Source of the DNA: Eledone cirrhosa
Lineage: Eukaryota
DNA: 64,000 nt
Assembly (NCBI GenBank): GCA_964016885.1
Contig: OZ024742.1
Location: 338,272,001-338,336,000, forward strand
Direction: 5' to 3'
Positions 1-11,177 of the stretch are shown here, piece by piece (position 1 is the first letter of the stretch; the number at the start of each line of letters is the position of its first letter). A program made the position numbers and the translations under genes. The notes below the pieces were generated by a model. It saw nothing but the letters and a program-made list of their open reading frames with translations. It ran no database searches and was not told where the DNA came from.

Positions 1-223
1 GAACCTGTGATTTAGATCTACATAAATTCTTATTTCTACCTATACCTTCTTTCCTTTCTTCCATTCCCATTCATGTCTACTTATTTCTATCACTAATCTG
101 TTTCCTTTCTTGATAAAAGTGATAGTTCATTATTTATTTTTAGTTTGTAGTTAAACATGTTACATAAAAGAACTTTTAGTTAATTTAAAGAAAACGAGAG
201 ACCATTTCGTTGGTATCCCCAGG

Positions 224-706
224 TCAGACTGTGTGTATATGTATTATATATGACATATTCCTATTTCTGACTTACTATGTGTATATATTTCCAGTATCTG
301 ACTTACTATTTATTTATTCATCATCATCATCATCGTTTAACGTCCATCTTCCACGCTTGCATGGGTTTGGACGGGAGTTTTCCCACTTGAGGCAAGATTT
401 GTTGTCCTGCTCGTATAGTACTGTCTGGCAGGTTTCCTACGGCTGGATGCCCTTCAGACTGTGTGTATATGTATTATATATGACATATTCCTATTTCTGA
501 CTTACTATGTGTATATATTTCCAGTATCTTACTTACTATATATTTATTGTGTATATATTTCCAATATCAGTCATACTGTATATATATCCTATATTAGTCA
601 TACTGTCATATATATTCCTATATCTAACTTATTATGTATATATTACCAATATCAGTCATACTGTATATATATCCTATATCAGACATACTGTATATATATC
701 CTATAT
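224..706. repeat. AT-rich degenerate minisatellite with an RTE/SINE tail fragment; homolog at ~23830-24365
   Basis: Repeated tatatatttcc(t/a)...ctgacttactatgtg units of about 28 bp; (tca)n-tcgtttaacgtcc tail at ~318-375. Confidence 0.7.
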
Positions 707-1450
707 AAATAATAATAATAATAAAATTATTGTGTACAGTGCTCAGGTGCACTACAACTCATCAAAGGTGCATGTATAGTACATAGAATAATGTACAAAT
801 GTCAGGAAAATAAACAGTGTATGAGTCATGATATAATAACAATAATGAAATATTGTGCACAGTGCCCAGGTGCACCACAACCCATCAAAAAAGTGCATGT
901 ACAGTACATAGGGCAATGCACAATCATCAGTAAAATGAACAGTGCACGAGTCATGATACACACATGTGTGCATGTGTATGGAAGGGGCACATCAGGTGTA
1001 GTTTTGGCGTATTTCGGGAAGCATGAGTGCCTTAAAGGATGCAGTGTCTCGGCAGCTAACAATTGACGCAGGCAGTTTGTTCCATGCTTCATCAACTCTG
1101 AGCGTGAAAAAATGTCTGCGAAAGTCATGGGAGCTGTGCTGTTTTCTTATCTTGTAGGCATGTCCACGTGTGTTAGACACATGGAGATCAAAGAGGCGCT
1201 CAGGGTTGCAGTTGGCGAGATGGTTAAAAACTCTGTAGGTATTCACCAAGTCCATTGCCAGACGTCGGAGCTTCAATGAATCCATGCCCAGGGAAGCAAG
1301 GCGTTCAGAGTATGGTAGGTGTCTGATGGAGGGTATGCGCTTGGTTACACGTCTCTGAACAGTTTCCAGGAGGTCAATGTTCCGAGCAAGATAGGGGTTC
1401 CAGACTGATGATGCGATTTCCAAGTGTGGTCGCACCATAGCTGTATACAG
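707..1450 (-). mobile_element. 5'-truncated CR1-group LINE (RT C-terminus, 3' UTR, (TTA)n tail)
   Basis: ORF 992..1438 VRPHLEIASSVWNP...VQRRVTK...FFTLRVDEAWNKLP; (aat)n at 707-723. Confidence 0.85.
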
Positions 1451-1554
1451 TCATATATATTCCTATATCTGATTTATTATGTATATATTATCATGACTGT
1501 AGTCAAGACACTTTTCTCTAATGACTTATAATGTGTCAACAGTGAAAATATCCC

Positions 1555-1585
1555 TAATATTTTATTCTCTCTTTATATATTTCAG
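1555..1585 (+). promoter_or_regulatory. Polypyrimidine tract and 3' splice acceptor of the ZNF coding exon (homologs end at 24439, 34425, 44910, 55768)
   Basis: ctaatattttattctctctttatatatttcAG, preceded by a branch-like CTAAT, about 140 nt upstream of the ATG in all five copies. Confidence 0.65.
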
Positions 1586-1726
1586 ATTATCTGAAACTGT
1601 TTCTTTACAACTGAAACATCTTCAGACTTTCACAAAGATAACAGTTGAAGAAAATATAGTCTTGAAAATATTTTGTGAAAAATTCAAGAAGAAAAGTAAT
1701 TTTCTGTTTTGTAAAGAATATTTGAA

Positions 1727-3508
1727 ATGATGGAGAAAAAAGCATACCATTGTGTTACCTGTGGTCAATCTTTCCATTCTAATTCTTCTTTACGAAGCCA
1801 TAAACATATTCACAATGGTAGAAGACAATTCCGTTGTGATATCTGTGGTAAAATATGCCCTAGTAATTCTTCTTTAACTATACACAAACGTAGTCACACT
1901 GGAGAAAAACCATGCCAGTGTGAATTCTGTGAGAAAACCTTCTATGATAATTCTTCTTTAACTAAACACAAACATATTCACACTGGAGAAAAACCATACC
2001 ATTGTGAAATCTGTGGTAAAGCTTTCTCTCAGAGAATTAATTTATTAACTCATTCTCGTAGTCACACAGGAGAAAAACCATACCACTGTGATATCTGTGG
2101 TAAAACATTTTCAAAAAAATATTATATAACTACACACAAACGTATTCATACAGGAGAGAAACCATACCATTGTGATATTTGTGGTAAAACATTTTCTACA
2201 AAGCATCAAATAATTGGACACAAGTATACCCACACAGGAGAACAACCATTTGAATGTGATATCTGTGGTAAAACATTTTCCAGTAAGAACACTTTAACGT
2301 ACCATAAACATATTCATACAGGAGAAAAACCATACAAATGTGAGACATGTGGTAAGAGTTTTGCACTGAGTCAGTATTTATCTAACCACAAACTTATACA
2401 TACAGGAGAGAAGCCATACCACTGTGATATTTGTGGTAAGACATTCCGTCTAAATAGACAGTTATTACTACACAAACGTATCCACACAGGCGAGAAGCCA
2501 CACCACTGTGATATCTGTGGTAAAGCCTTCAGTTTTTCTGGTCATTTAACAATACACAAACGTACTCACACTGGAGAGAAACCATTTCGTTGTGATATCT
2601 GTGGTAAGTCAGCCACAACTAGTTCTGATTTAGCCAAACACAAACTTGTTCATACTGGAGATAAACTATATCCTTGTGATATCTGTGGTAACAACTTTTC
2701 TACTAATGGTAGTTTAACCGCACACAAACGTATTCACACAGGTGAGAAGCCATACCATTGTGATATCTGTGGTAAAACATTCACTCACTCGAGTTCTGTT
2801 TCATCTCATAAACGTGTTCATACTGGACAAAGACGATATCCTTGTAATATCTGTGGTAAAATATTAACAACTGGTAATTCTTTGTCTATCCACCAAAATA
2901 TTCACACAGGAGAGAAGCCACACCAATGCGATATCTGTGGTAAAGCATTTTCTCAAAATAGTAATTTATTGAGGCATAAACGTCTTCACACAGGATTAAA
3001 ACCACATCACTGTGATATCTGTAGTAAGACCTTCTCTGATAGTGGTTCCTTGAAAATACACACCCGTTCTCACACAGGAGAGAAGCCATGCCGGTGTGAT
3101 ATCTGTGGTAAATCATTCTCTCGAAACAGTCATTTGTTGAACCATAAACGTATTCACACAGGAGAGAAACCATATCACTGTGATATCTGTGGTAAGTCAT
3201 TCTCAACTATTGGTTCTTTAGCCCAACACAAAACTATTCATAGTGGAGATAAACCATACCCTTGTGATATCTGTGGTAAATATTATTCTACTAATATTAT
3301 TTTAACTAGACACAAACTTATTCACACGGGAGAGAAGCCATATCATTGTGTTATATGTGGTAAAACGTTCTGTGACCCGAGTTCTCTTTCATCTCATAAA
3401 CATATTCATACTGGACATACTAGAGAAAAACATCATTGTAATATCTGTGGTAAAACATTCACAGCTAGTCATACTTTATCTAAACACCAAACTATTCACA
3501 CAGGATAG
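1727..3508 (+). CDS. Poly-C2H2 zinc-finger protein, copy 1 (21 fingers, no recognisable effector domain), ending at an in-frame TAG in a linker
   Basis: 593-aa ORF made of 21 C-x2-C-x12-H-x3-H repeats with TGEKP-type linkers; ends HTG-TAG-KPH. Confidence 0.93.
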   Translation: MMEKKAYHCVTCGQSFHSNSSLRSHKHIHNGRRQFRCDICGKICPSNSSLTIHKRSHTGEKPCQCEFCEKTFYDNSSLTKHKHIHTGEKPYHCEICGKAFSQRINLLTHSRSHTGEKPYHCDICGKTFSKKYYITTHKRIHTGEKPYHCDICGKTFSTKHQIIGHKYTHTGEQPFECDICGKTFSSKNTLTYHKHIHTGEKPYKCETCGKSFALSQYLSNHKLIHTGEKPYHCDICGKTFRLNRQLLLHKRIHTGEKPHHCDICGKAFSFSGHLTIHKRTHTGEKPFRCDICGKSATTSSDLAKHKLVHTGDKLYPCDICGNNFSTNGSLTAHKRIHTGEKPYHCDICGKTFTHSSSVSSHKRVHTGQRRYPCNICGKILTTGNSLSIHQNIHTGEKPHQCDICGKAFSQNSNLLRHKRLHTGLKPHHCDICSKTFSDSGSLKIHTRSHTGEKPCRCDICGKSFSRNSHLLNHKRIHTGEKPYHCDICGKSFSTIGSLAQHKTIHSGDKPYPCDICGKYYSTNIILTRHKLIHTGEKPYHCVICGKTFCDPSSLSSHKHIHTGHTREKHHCNICGKTFTASHTLSKHQTIHTG

Positions 3509-3961
3509 AAGCCACACCAATGTGATATCTGTGGTAAAGCATTTTCTCGAAACAGTAGTTTGTGGACACATAAGCGTCTTCACACAGGAAAGAAACTGTA
3601 CCATTGTGACTTCTGTCGTAAGACCTTTTCTTGTAGTAGCGCTTTGATACAACTCATCCGTTCTTACACAGGAGAGAAACCATATCAGTATGATATCTGT
3701 GGTAAATCATTCTCTCAAAGTAGTGATTTATTGAACCATAAACGTATTCACACAGGAGAGAAACCATACCCTTGTGATATCAGTGATAAAACATTCACTC
3801 ACCTGAGTACTCTTTCATCTCAGAAACATATTCATGCTGGACACACTGAAGGAAGACGATATCATTGTAATATCTGTGACAAATCATTCTCTCAAAATCG
3901 TCATTTATTAAACCATAAACGTATTCACAAATGTAATAAATCTAAAAAGACACTGAACTGA
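3509..3961 (+). pseudogene. In-frame post-stop zinc-finger tail of copy 1 (5 fingers, 3 degenerate)
   Basis: Same frame as 1727..3508 and open to TGA 3959-3961; QLIRSY, YQYDIC and CDISD/SQKHIH have lost Zn ligands. Confidence 0.8.
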
Positions 3962-3965
3962 GAGG

Positions 3966-3971
3966 AATAAA
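3966..3971 (+). terminator. Candidate polyadenylation signal just after the ancestral TGA (present in all 5 copies)
   Basis: TGAgaggAATAAA. Confidence 0.45.
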
Positions 3972-4294
3972 GTCAACACACTCCAAACTCTGTCACAGAC
4001 ATGTTTTCACTTCTCTCTGCTTTTTCTACCACAACTCCAGTGGCCTCTGTTCCTCATAGGTGGCTACTTTTGTAACAACTCTACTGAAGTTCTAACTACT
4101 TACAGTGTATAATCAACATCATTTTCCATTGACTGTTCTATGCTGGCATGGGTTGGATGGGACTTTATGAGGCAATGTTTTACAGCTACCAATCTTTGAG
4201 TCACTTCCTATGGCATGCGGGTATATGGTCTACATATTCTAAACCGGATACACTAATTTTGTCACTGTTGTGTAATGTTTTTTTAATTATTTTG

Positions 4295-5480
4295 AATAAA
4301 AACCACCTGATCGCCTATAGATCCAGGGACCATTCTAGTCAGATAGATTTTATCCTTATCAGAGGACGTGATAAATGAATGTTTGTAAACATGAAAGCCT
4401 TCCTCGGTGAGGAATGTGCCTCCCAACAGAATTTAGTAGTCAACGACCTCATTGTCAGAGCTAGACAAATTTGGAAACAGAAGACAACATGGAGTAGAAA
4501 GGTCTGGAAGCTGAAAGAGCCATAACCACGTGTATTGTAAATGAAGAAATACTAGATGGTGTCGTACTGAATGATAGGTGCAGCAGCATCATTGTCAACT
4601 GCTACAAGTGTAAAGGAGACGTACTAGATAGAGGCATCAAGGTAATGAACCAGATCTTGAAAGTAATAGAGAGAGTTATTGCACAACTGATTAGCGACCG
4701 GGTAAATCTAGACGAGATGCAATTCAGATTTGTACAGGCAAAAGCATCACAGATGCTCTCTCCTTTGTGAGACAGTTACAGGAAAAGTAACAAGCTAAAA
4801 GTAAGCCGCTCTACCTGGAAAAAGTATTCGACAGTGTGACCTGTGCCGTATTCTGGTGGGCCCTTAGAAAACTAGGAGTAGATGAGTTGCTTGTGAAAGC
4901 AGTACAAGCCATGTATAGGAGAGCAGTTAGCAAAGTTAGGATTAACACTGAATTTAGTGAGAAATTTAGCGTACAGGATGGCGTCCATCAGAGCTGTGTT
5001 CTTAGACCTTTCCTGTTTATCATACAACAGGCTGTAACAGGAGTTTAAGACAGGCAGCCCATGGGAACTCCTGTATGTGGATGATCTTACAGACATAGCA
5101 GAATCTATAGTGGAACTAGAGAAGAAATTCGAAACATGGAAGCAGTGCCTTGAAAGAAGGGATCTTAAAGTCTACTTGACAAAGACTAAGGTCCTAGTAA
5201 GTAGAAGAGAAAACAGATCAGTGATCTCGTCAGGGAAATGGCCTTGCTTTATATGTAGGTACGGATTCCATCTGTCCCAAATGCAAACTGGGTATACGAG
5301 AGATGTAGTGGGATCTGAAGAAGTTTAGCTAAGAATGTAGGCTTTACATGTAGCAGTTGCACTGGGTCAATGAGCAGCAAAAGACCATAGGAAACAAACG
5401 TTATCAAATTCTGGGAAGGCTCAGAAGTAACAGTAGACAGCTTCTGCTACCTGGGTGACCAAATTAGCAGTGGAGGTGTA
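4295..5480 (+). mobile_element. Decayed RTE-clade LINE fragment; homologs at ~27260-27420, 37265-38215, 47670-49425, 58530-60285
   Basis: SQIDFIL (endonuclease end), MQFGF, LAFVDLEKAFDRV, WWALRKLGV and SGKWPC motifs with stops and frameshifts. Confidence 0.85.
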
Positions 5481-7329
5481 TTCTCACTCAGTGGTAATTA
5501 TTCAAGTAAAATGTCCATTTATCATTTGTGATTGAATAGTGTGTTATTGGCTACCAAGATAATACAGATTATGGTTGCCTACCAATTTGAAATAATACAC
5601 AGAAATGAACCAGGTCTTGAAAGTAATAGAGAGAGTTGTTGCATAACTGATTAGGGACCGGGTAAATCTAGACGGGATTCAATTTGGATTTGTACAGGCA
5701 AAAGCATCGCAGATGCTCTCTGCTTTGTGAGACAGTTACAGGATAAGTACCAAGCTAAAAGTAACCCGCTCTACCTGGCATTTGTCGACCTTATTCAAGT
5801 AAAATGTCCATTGATCGTTTGTGATTGAATAGTGTGTTATTGGCTACCAAGATAATACAGATTATGGATGCCTACCAACTGGAAATAATACACAGAAATG
5901 TATTGATGTCAAGTGAGATCTGATGGGCAAATACATTTAATGGATGGCTTCTTGACGAAAAAGTCGTTATAGCTGATGAGTGGTAAATCATTAAATGGTG
6001 ATTTTTGAATATCAAGCCAAATTTGCAAACTACAATTTCTAAAACATACTAAAATATCCAAATATGGTCCATGTAGTGGATAGATGTATTCTTTTCAGGA
6101 TGAAAATTCACTTATTGGTACATTGAATATTAAGTAATAAAATTGTGACATCAATTATCACTACATTATTTTCTTACTAACTACTTCGAGCTAGCGTGTA
6201 TGCATGTATCAATAAAACGATACAATAGAAGTGAAATGACAGGAAGCCGAAAGGATAGATAAATTGTAGTAGTGAAATATATAATGAAACCTACTATGTG
6301 TGTGTGTTTGTTTATCCTTAGTTTACGTTGCTCCTGTAGTTGGTCAATCTGCTGAGCTGGTATGAAATGTGAGAGCATGTAAGGCTAGGAGAGAGAAAGA
6401 GTAAAAGGTCTGTAGATAGTGAATGGCTACATTGTTAACCTCTCACAGACTGCTACTTCAAAGTCTCTCTGGTGGACACTAAGTACTTGTATTTATAATA
6501 ACCCTATAGCTAGAAGGATGTGTATATGAGTTGATTTATGAGTAGCCATGTGTGTTTCATCTGTCAAGAACCTGGGGTCACAGGTCAAGTGGCATATAAG
6601 TTTATCATATGTTTATCTCTTCACAGGACAATGGTGGGAACTCCCAACAATAGGTGGTTTTAGAGGTGAGAACCCTCAGATTCGGTTCCGAATCTTTGCC
6701 AGGTAAAATATAGGAGTATTCCGTTACAGTCCAAATATACAGAAAAGTCAAATTGTACCAACTTTGGCAGCACTGCTTGACAGTCTACAGTTGTAGCCGT
6801 AGGTCAATTCTAATCCAGTAGTTTTATAACAAACATAATCAGTTGAATGACTACATTTGTTCCTCTTATACAGTGACTCTATTTCGTCTGTGATGCAGCA
6901 TAGCAGTCTGTGCATGTACCTTTTTCACTGTCCAGTATATTTCCTCTGCAGTTAACTATTTATGTTGTACTCCCTATGAGACTAGAGATGCTGTCTTACA
7001 TGACTGAGTTTGCTGTCTTTTGTAAATAGATCATGGCAACATAAAGGAAAAAGACAGTTTCATTATTTGAATACTTTTCTTATTGAAATGTAGAATATAA
7101 AATTAAGAGAAAAATACTTCAATTACTGAAAATGAAACTTAAACTTCAGAATAATCAATAGAGTTAAAGTGTGTATGGGGTGAGATGAAGGAAGATGTAG
7201 AGAAATAGTTGAAAGATTATATTAGAAGTAAATGATTCAATATGTCTTGCCATTAAGACTTGATAATTTGTCCAAGGTGGTTCAACTAGTCATGTTCCGA
7301 ATAATCAACTGAGCGATGCTGCAAATGTA

Positions 7330-8360
7330 TGTTTGCAGTTTCCTCATGTGATTCTTTCGCCACCAAAGAGTACACAGCAGTCTGTATAAGTTGGAGGTTG
7401 GCATAAGAATGGGCAATCTCACCTACACTGTGTTGGCAATGGAGGTCATCCTGAAGGTAGCAATGTGTTGGTCAGGTACAACAGTGCTTGGAGAGGGATT
7501 TCGAATGGACCCTCTAAAAGCCTTCATGGACGACGCTACAGTCCTTGCCACAAAGGAAGATGAAATACGTAGGGTATTGGAACAGTTGACTAAGGTAGTT
7601 GAATCTTCCAGAATGAGGTTGAAACAAAAAAAATCCCTTACAATCAAAGAAATAATGAGAAGCACTCAGGCCAATAGGCAAGGACTGGCTGTATAAAAAT
7701 GGAATGGTCATTAGGGGCCAGTGGACAGATGAGGAGAGGTCTAATTAGAGAATTCCAGGCGGCAGTACAGCAGAGCCAACAGTGTCTGGATGGTTTGTGG
7801 CATAAGGCAGAATCAGAATCATTTTGAACATGAATTTAGTGAAGTGGGGCTAATCAGATAGACCCGAGTACACACTCTGCCAGGGTAGACAGACAGTGGA
7901 ACACATTCTGAGCTCATGCAGAGTAGCACTAGCCCAAGGTAGATGCATGTGGAGACACAATTAAGTAGTTAAGGAAATCGTACATGTCATAAGTACAACA
8001 AAAACAAAACCCATCGTACGAGAATCTCCAACATCATTCTATATGGCAGGAGGCAGCAAATGAAGGCTAGGAACAGCTATGCCATACAGGGTACAAGAAT
8101 CAAGTTTTCTGAATTGTACGTATGACTGGCTGGATGTGTACATCAGGCCTCCTAGGGTCAGCAAAGCAAACAGAAATCATCAGAAAGAATGGTTTGAGGC
8201 CGGATATCATATTCCATTTAAATTCATCAAATTAGCTGATTTTGATTGAACTGACCATGTCATTTAAAAGTAGAATAGAAGAAGCACATATGTTCAAGAC
8301 CGAAGGATACACCAGTTTGGTCAACAGACTGAGAAATGCCTACTTCCGAGTCAGGATGAG
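7330..8360 (+). mobile_element. Decayed RLE-type non-LTR retrotransposon (Hero/NeSL-like); homologs at ~28790-29580, 39960-41420, 51260-52280, 62120-63140
   Basis: RT motif PLKAFMDD; knuckle remnant TVEHILSSC..LAQGR..WRHN; endonuclease LRPDII...ILIELT...IEEAH. Confidence 0.75.
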
Positions 8361-8397
8361 GTGGATCAAAAGCGGCCTCTATCCCGTTTGAGGGCAC

Positions 8398-9260
8398 AGT
8401 GTTTGTATTTTACGCAGACTAGGTGAAATAACTGAGTGCGTCTGTCTTGTAGCGGTGGCGGAGGCGGTGATACTGTTGACACTCCGCCACCATGAATACG
8501 TTCAAGATCAAGAAAATGTTTAAATATAAGTTTGAAATCGGCGGCAACGGAGAGGAGAACCAGCGAGATTCTGTTAAGAAAATCACAATGCTGTTTAAAT
8601 ACACAGAAGGTCTTCGCTACCACAATGGCTAAATGCCAAAGAAGGGCACCCAGGAGCCATGATGCGGTCTGGCCCTTCTAGAGCGTAAGAAGTTAAGGGC
8701 GGAAGCTCATGCTCGTGGTGTCTGTGAAGACCTACTTTCTCTCCAGCTCTCCTAAGAGTTTCTTACCACCACCCATCACCTTCGCCCGACTGTCATTTAC
8801 ATAATTCTCTGCCCTAGTGTTTGTATTTTACACAGACTAAGTGAAATAACTGAGTGCGTCGTGTTTTGTAGTGGTGGCGGCGACGGTGATACTGTTGACT
8901 CTCCGCCACCATGAGCTACGCTATATTTCCAAGTTCAAGAAAACGTTTAAACATAAATTTGAAATCAGAGGCAACGGAGAGAACTGATCCTGTTAACAAA
9001 ATCACAATGCGGTTTAAATACACAGAAAGTCTTCGATACCAGAATGGCTAAAGGCCAACAGAAGGGCACCCAGAATGGCTAAAGGCCAACAGAAGGGCAC
9101 CCAGGAGCTATGACTTGGATGCGGTCTGGACCTTCTAGAGCGTAAGAAGTTAAGAGCAGAAGCTCATGTTCGTGGGGTCTGTGAAGACCTACTCTCCTAA
9201 GAGTTTCTTACCACCACCCAGACCCTTCGCCCGACCCCCATTTACATAATTCTCTGCCTT
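8398..9260 (+). repeat. Local ~420-bp tandem duplication upstream of the putative promoter (single copy in units 3-5)
   Basis: gtgtttgtatttta...cataattctctgcc occurs at ~8398-8812 and ~8817-9258, with a further ~30-bp duplication at ~9040-9100. Confidence 0.8.
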
Positions 9261-9463
9261 ACATCTTCACATGTCTGACTCTCGTTTCTTGGTACACCAA
9301 ACTATCCTTTTCTCCCACTACATTATGCAATTACTCTTTTTCTCACTCTCACTTTTCCACCCTTACATTTCATACACGATTCTCCTTTCTTATTACTTCA
9401 TACTTTCCCCCTTTCTCTTTTTTTCTCCCTCACCTTATTTACTGCGGAATTATATGTTTATTT

Positions 9464-9652
9464 ACTTCCGCCCGCCATTACATTTCCTTAAATCTCAGTC
9501 AAAATATTTTGGTCTAAAATTTTACATTTTTTCCCTTCTCATATAAAGTATCTTTATCTGAAATATATTATCTGTCCCACACGGAACATATGAGATTAAC
9601 AATAGAGAAATATTTGAATTGAAAAACTATCGGAGGAACATACGAAGAAGAG
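9464..9652 (+). promoter_or_regulatory. Putative promoter (ETS-like ACTTCCG plus YY1-like CCGCCATT) and non-coding first exon for copy 2
   Basis: acttccgcccgccatt at 9464-9479 after a pyrimidine tract; strong donor GAG|GTAAGT at 9652/9653; conserved in every unit. Confidence 0.55.
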
Positions 9653-9907
9653 GTAAGTAATTTTGAAAGAAGTTGTTTGTGAAATTTTATTAATAAACGT
9701 GAATTGTTGGTGATATTCTGTGTAACTTACAACATATAAATATATATGAATAAATAATCTACAAAGGATCAACGTGACAACATCAGTTTCATTAACAAAA
9801 TTATATTTGTTCCATCTCGACTCTATTTTATCAACATTGGCCGCCAATTATGTTATCAAACCAACTCCTTTCTCTTCCCAATTGTCCTATTTATAGGATA
9901 TTATATT

Positions 9908-10760
9908 CTATAATAATAATGAAAATATTGTGTACAGTGCTCAGGTGCACTACAACTCATCAAAAGTGTATGTATAGTACATAGGGTAATGTACAAACGT
10001 CTGGAAAATGAACAGTGCACGAGTCATGATATACACGTGTGCATGTGTATGGAAGGGGGACATCAGGTGTAGTTTTTGGCGAATTTCGGGAAGCATGAGG
10101 GGTTTTTCAGGATGCAGTGTCTCAGTAATTAACAGCTTACGGAGGCAGTTTGTTCCATGTTTCCGAAAGTCATGGGAGCTGTGCTGTTTCCTGTCTTTGT
10201 AGGCATGTCCACGTGTGTTAGACACATGGAGATCAAAAGGGTGCTCAGGGTTGTTGTTGGCGAGATGGTTAATAACTTTGTGGGTGTTTACCAAGTCAGT
10301 TGCCAGACGTCGGAACTTCAATGAATCCATGCCCAGGGAAGCAAGGCGTTCAGAGTATGGTAGCTATGGTCGTACCATAGCTGTATACAGCTTCAAATAA
10401 ATGGCTGGAGAGCGGCTAACAAAGGTCTTGCTGAGTGATGCCAAGACACCCTCGGCCTTCTTGACAATTTTAGAGATGTGCTTTGTCCAATGCAAATCGC
10501 TGCTGACAGTAATACCCAGGTCACGTTCACAAGAGGACTTCTTGATATCAGTGTTGTGGAGGGAGTATGTGGACGCTGGATTTTTCCTCCCAAAATGCAT
10601 GGTGGTACACTTGTCCACAGCCAGCTTCAGTTGCCAGTCTGTGATCCATTGCTGCATTGTGTCCAGGTCTGATTGTAAGAAAGAGTTATAGATTTCAGGA
10701 TCTGTCCTTTTGATTTCAAGGTACAGCTTGATGTCATCTTCATATTTCAGTATGTATTAT
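9908..10760 (-). mobile_element. Second truncated CR1-group LINE, same family as 707-1450
   Basis: ORFs 10364..10657 (WQLKLAVDKC..ERDLGI) and 9950..10330; same 3' UTR and (aat)n tail. Confidence 0.85.
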
Positions 10761-10871
10761 GTATTTTTTGTTTGCGTTTTCCTAAATATTGTGTGTGTGT
10801 GTACAAAAGGATCTGCGCATGTATGTATAACTAAAAAAAAAAAGTATGTGTATATATATATATATATTATA

Positions 10872-11177
10872 ATAAAATGACAGGAGGCTGGACTTGTGTA
10901 AATCCTTGAAAGGTTTATTATACTATGATCATTTCAATGACCGGGTTCCGTATGAATTTGGTGATATCATAGGTATTCGAAATATAATAAATGAATGTAA
11001 TAGATAAAATCCATGGGGCTGAAAATCAAAGACCGGAGGACGACCGACATCTAGCATCTTCCACTTTTGCCGGTCGCCCTCAAGTCACCGGATTCATACG
11101 GAACCCGGTCATTGAAATGATCATAGTATAATAAACCTTTCAAAGATTTACACAAGTCCAGCCTCCTGTCATTTTAT
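10872..11177. repeat. 93-bp inverted repeat with a 120-bp spacer (possibly Penelope-like or MITE derived)
   Basis: 10872-10964 is the reverse complement of 11085-11177 with about 3 mismatches. Confidence 0.85.

Noticed and set aside
193-230. Faint resemblance of the minus strand (acctgggg-atacca-acgaa-tggt) to the U1 snRNA 5' region
   Set aside because: Needs several gaps, lacks the ATACTTACCTG 5' end and the rest of U1; likely coincidence
210-779. Tyr/Ile-rich short ORFs
   Set aside because: Translations of a TA-rich minisatellite
2886-3206. Antisense ORFs over the zinc fingers (MRMTYHRYH...), recurring in each copy
   Set aside because: Shadow frames of the periodic finger codons; they recur only because the genes are duplicated
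3348-3647. Alternative-frame ORF (MLYVVKRS...) spanning the UAG, suggesting a frameshift bypass
   Set aside because: Typical shifted-frame shadow of C2H2 repeats; no slippery site seen, and the tail is already in frame with the main ORF
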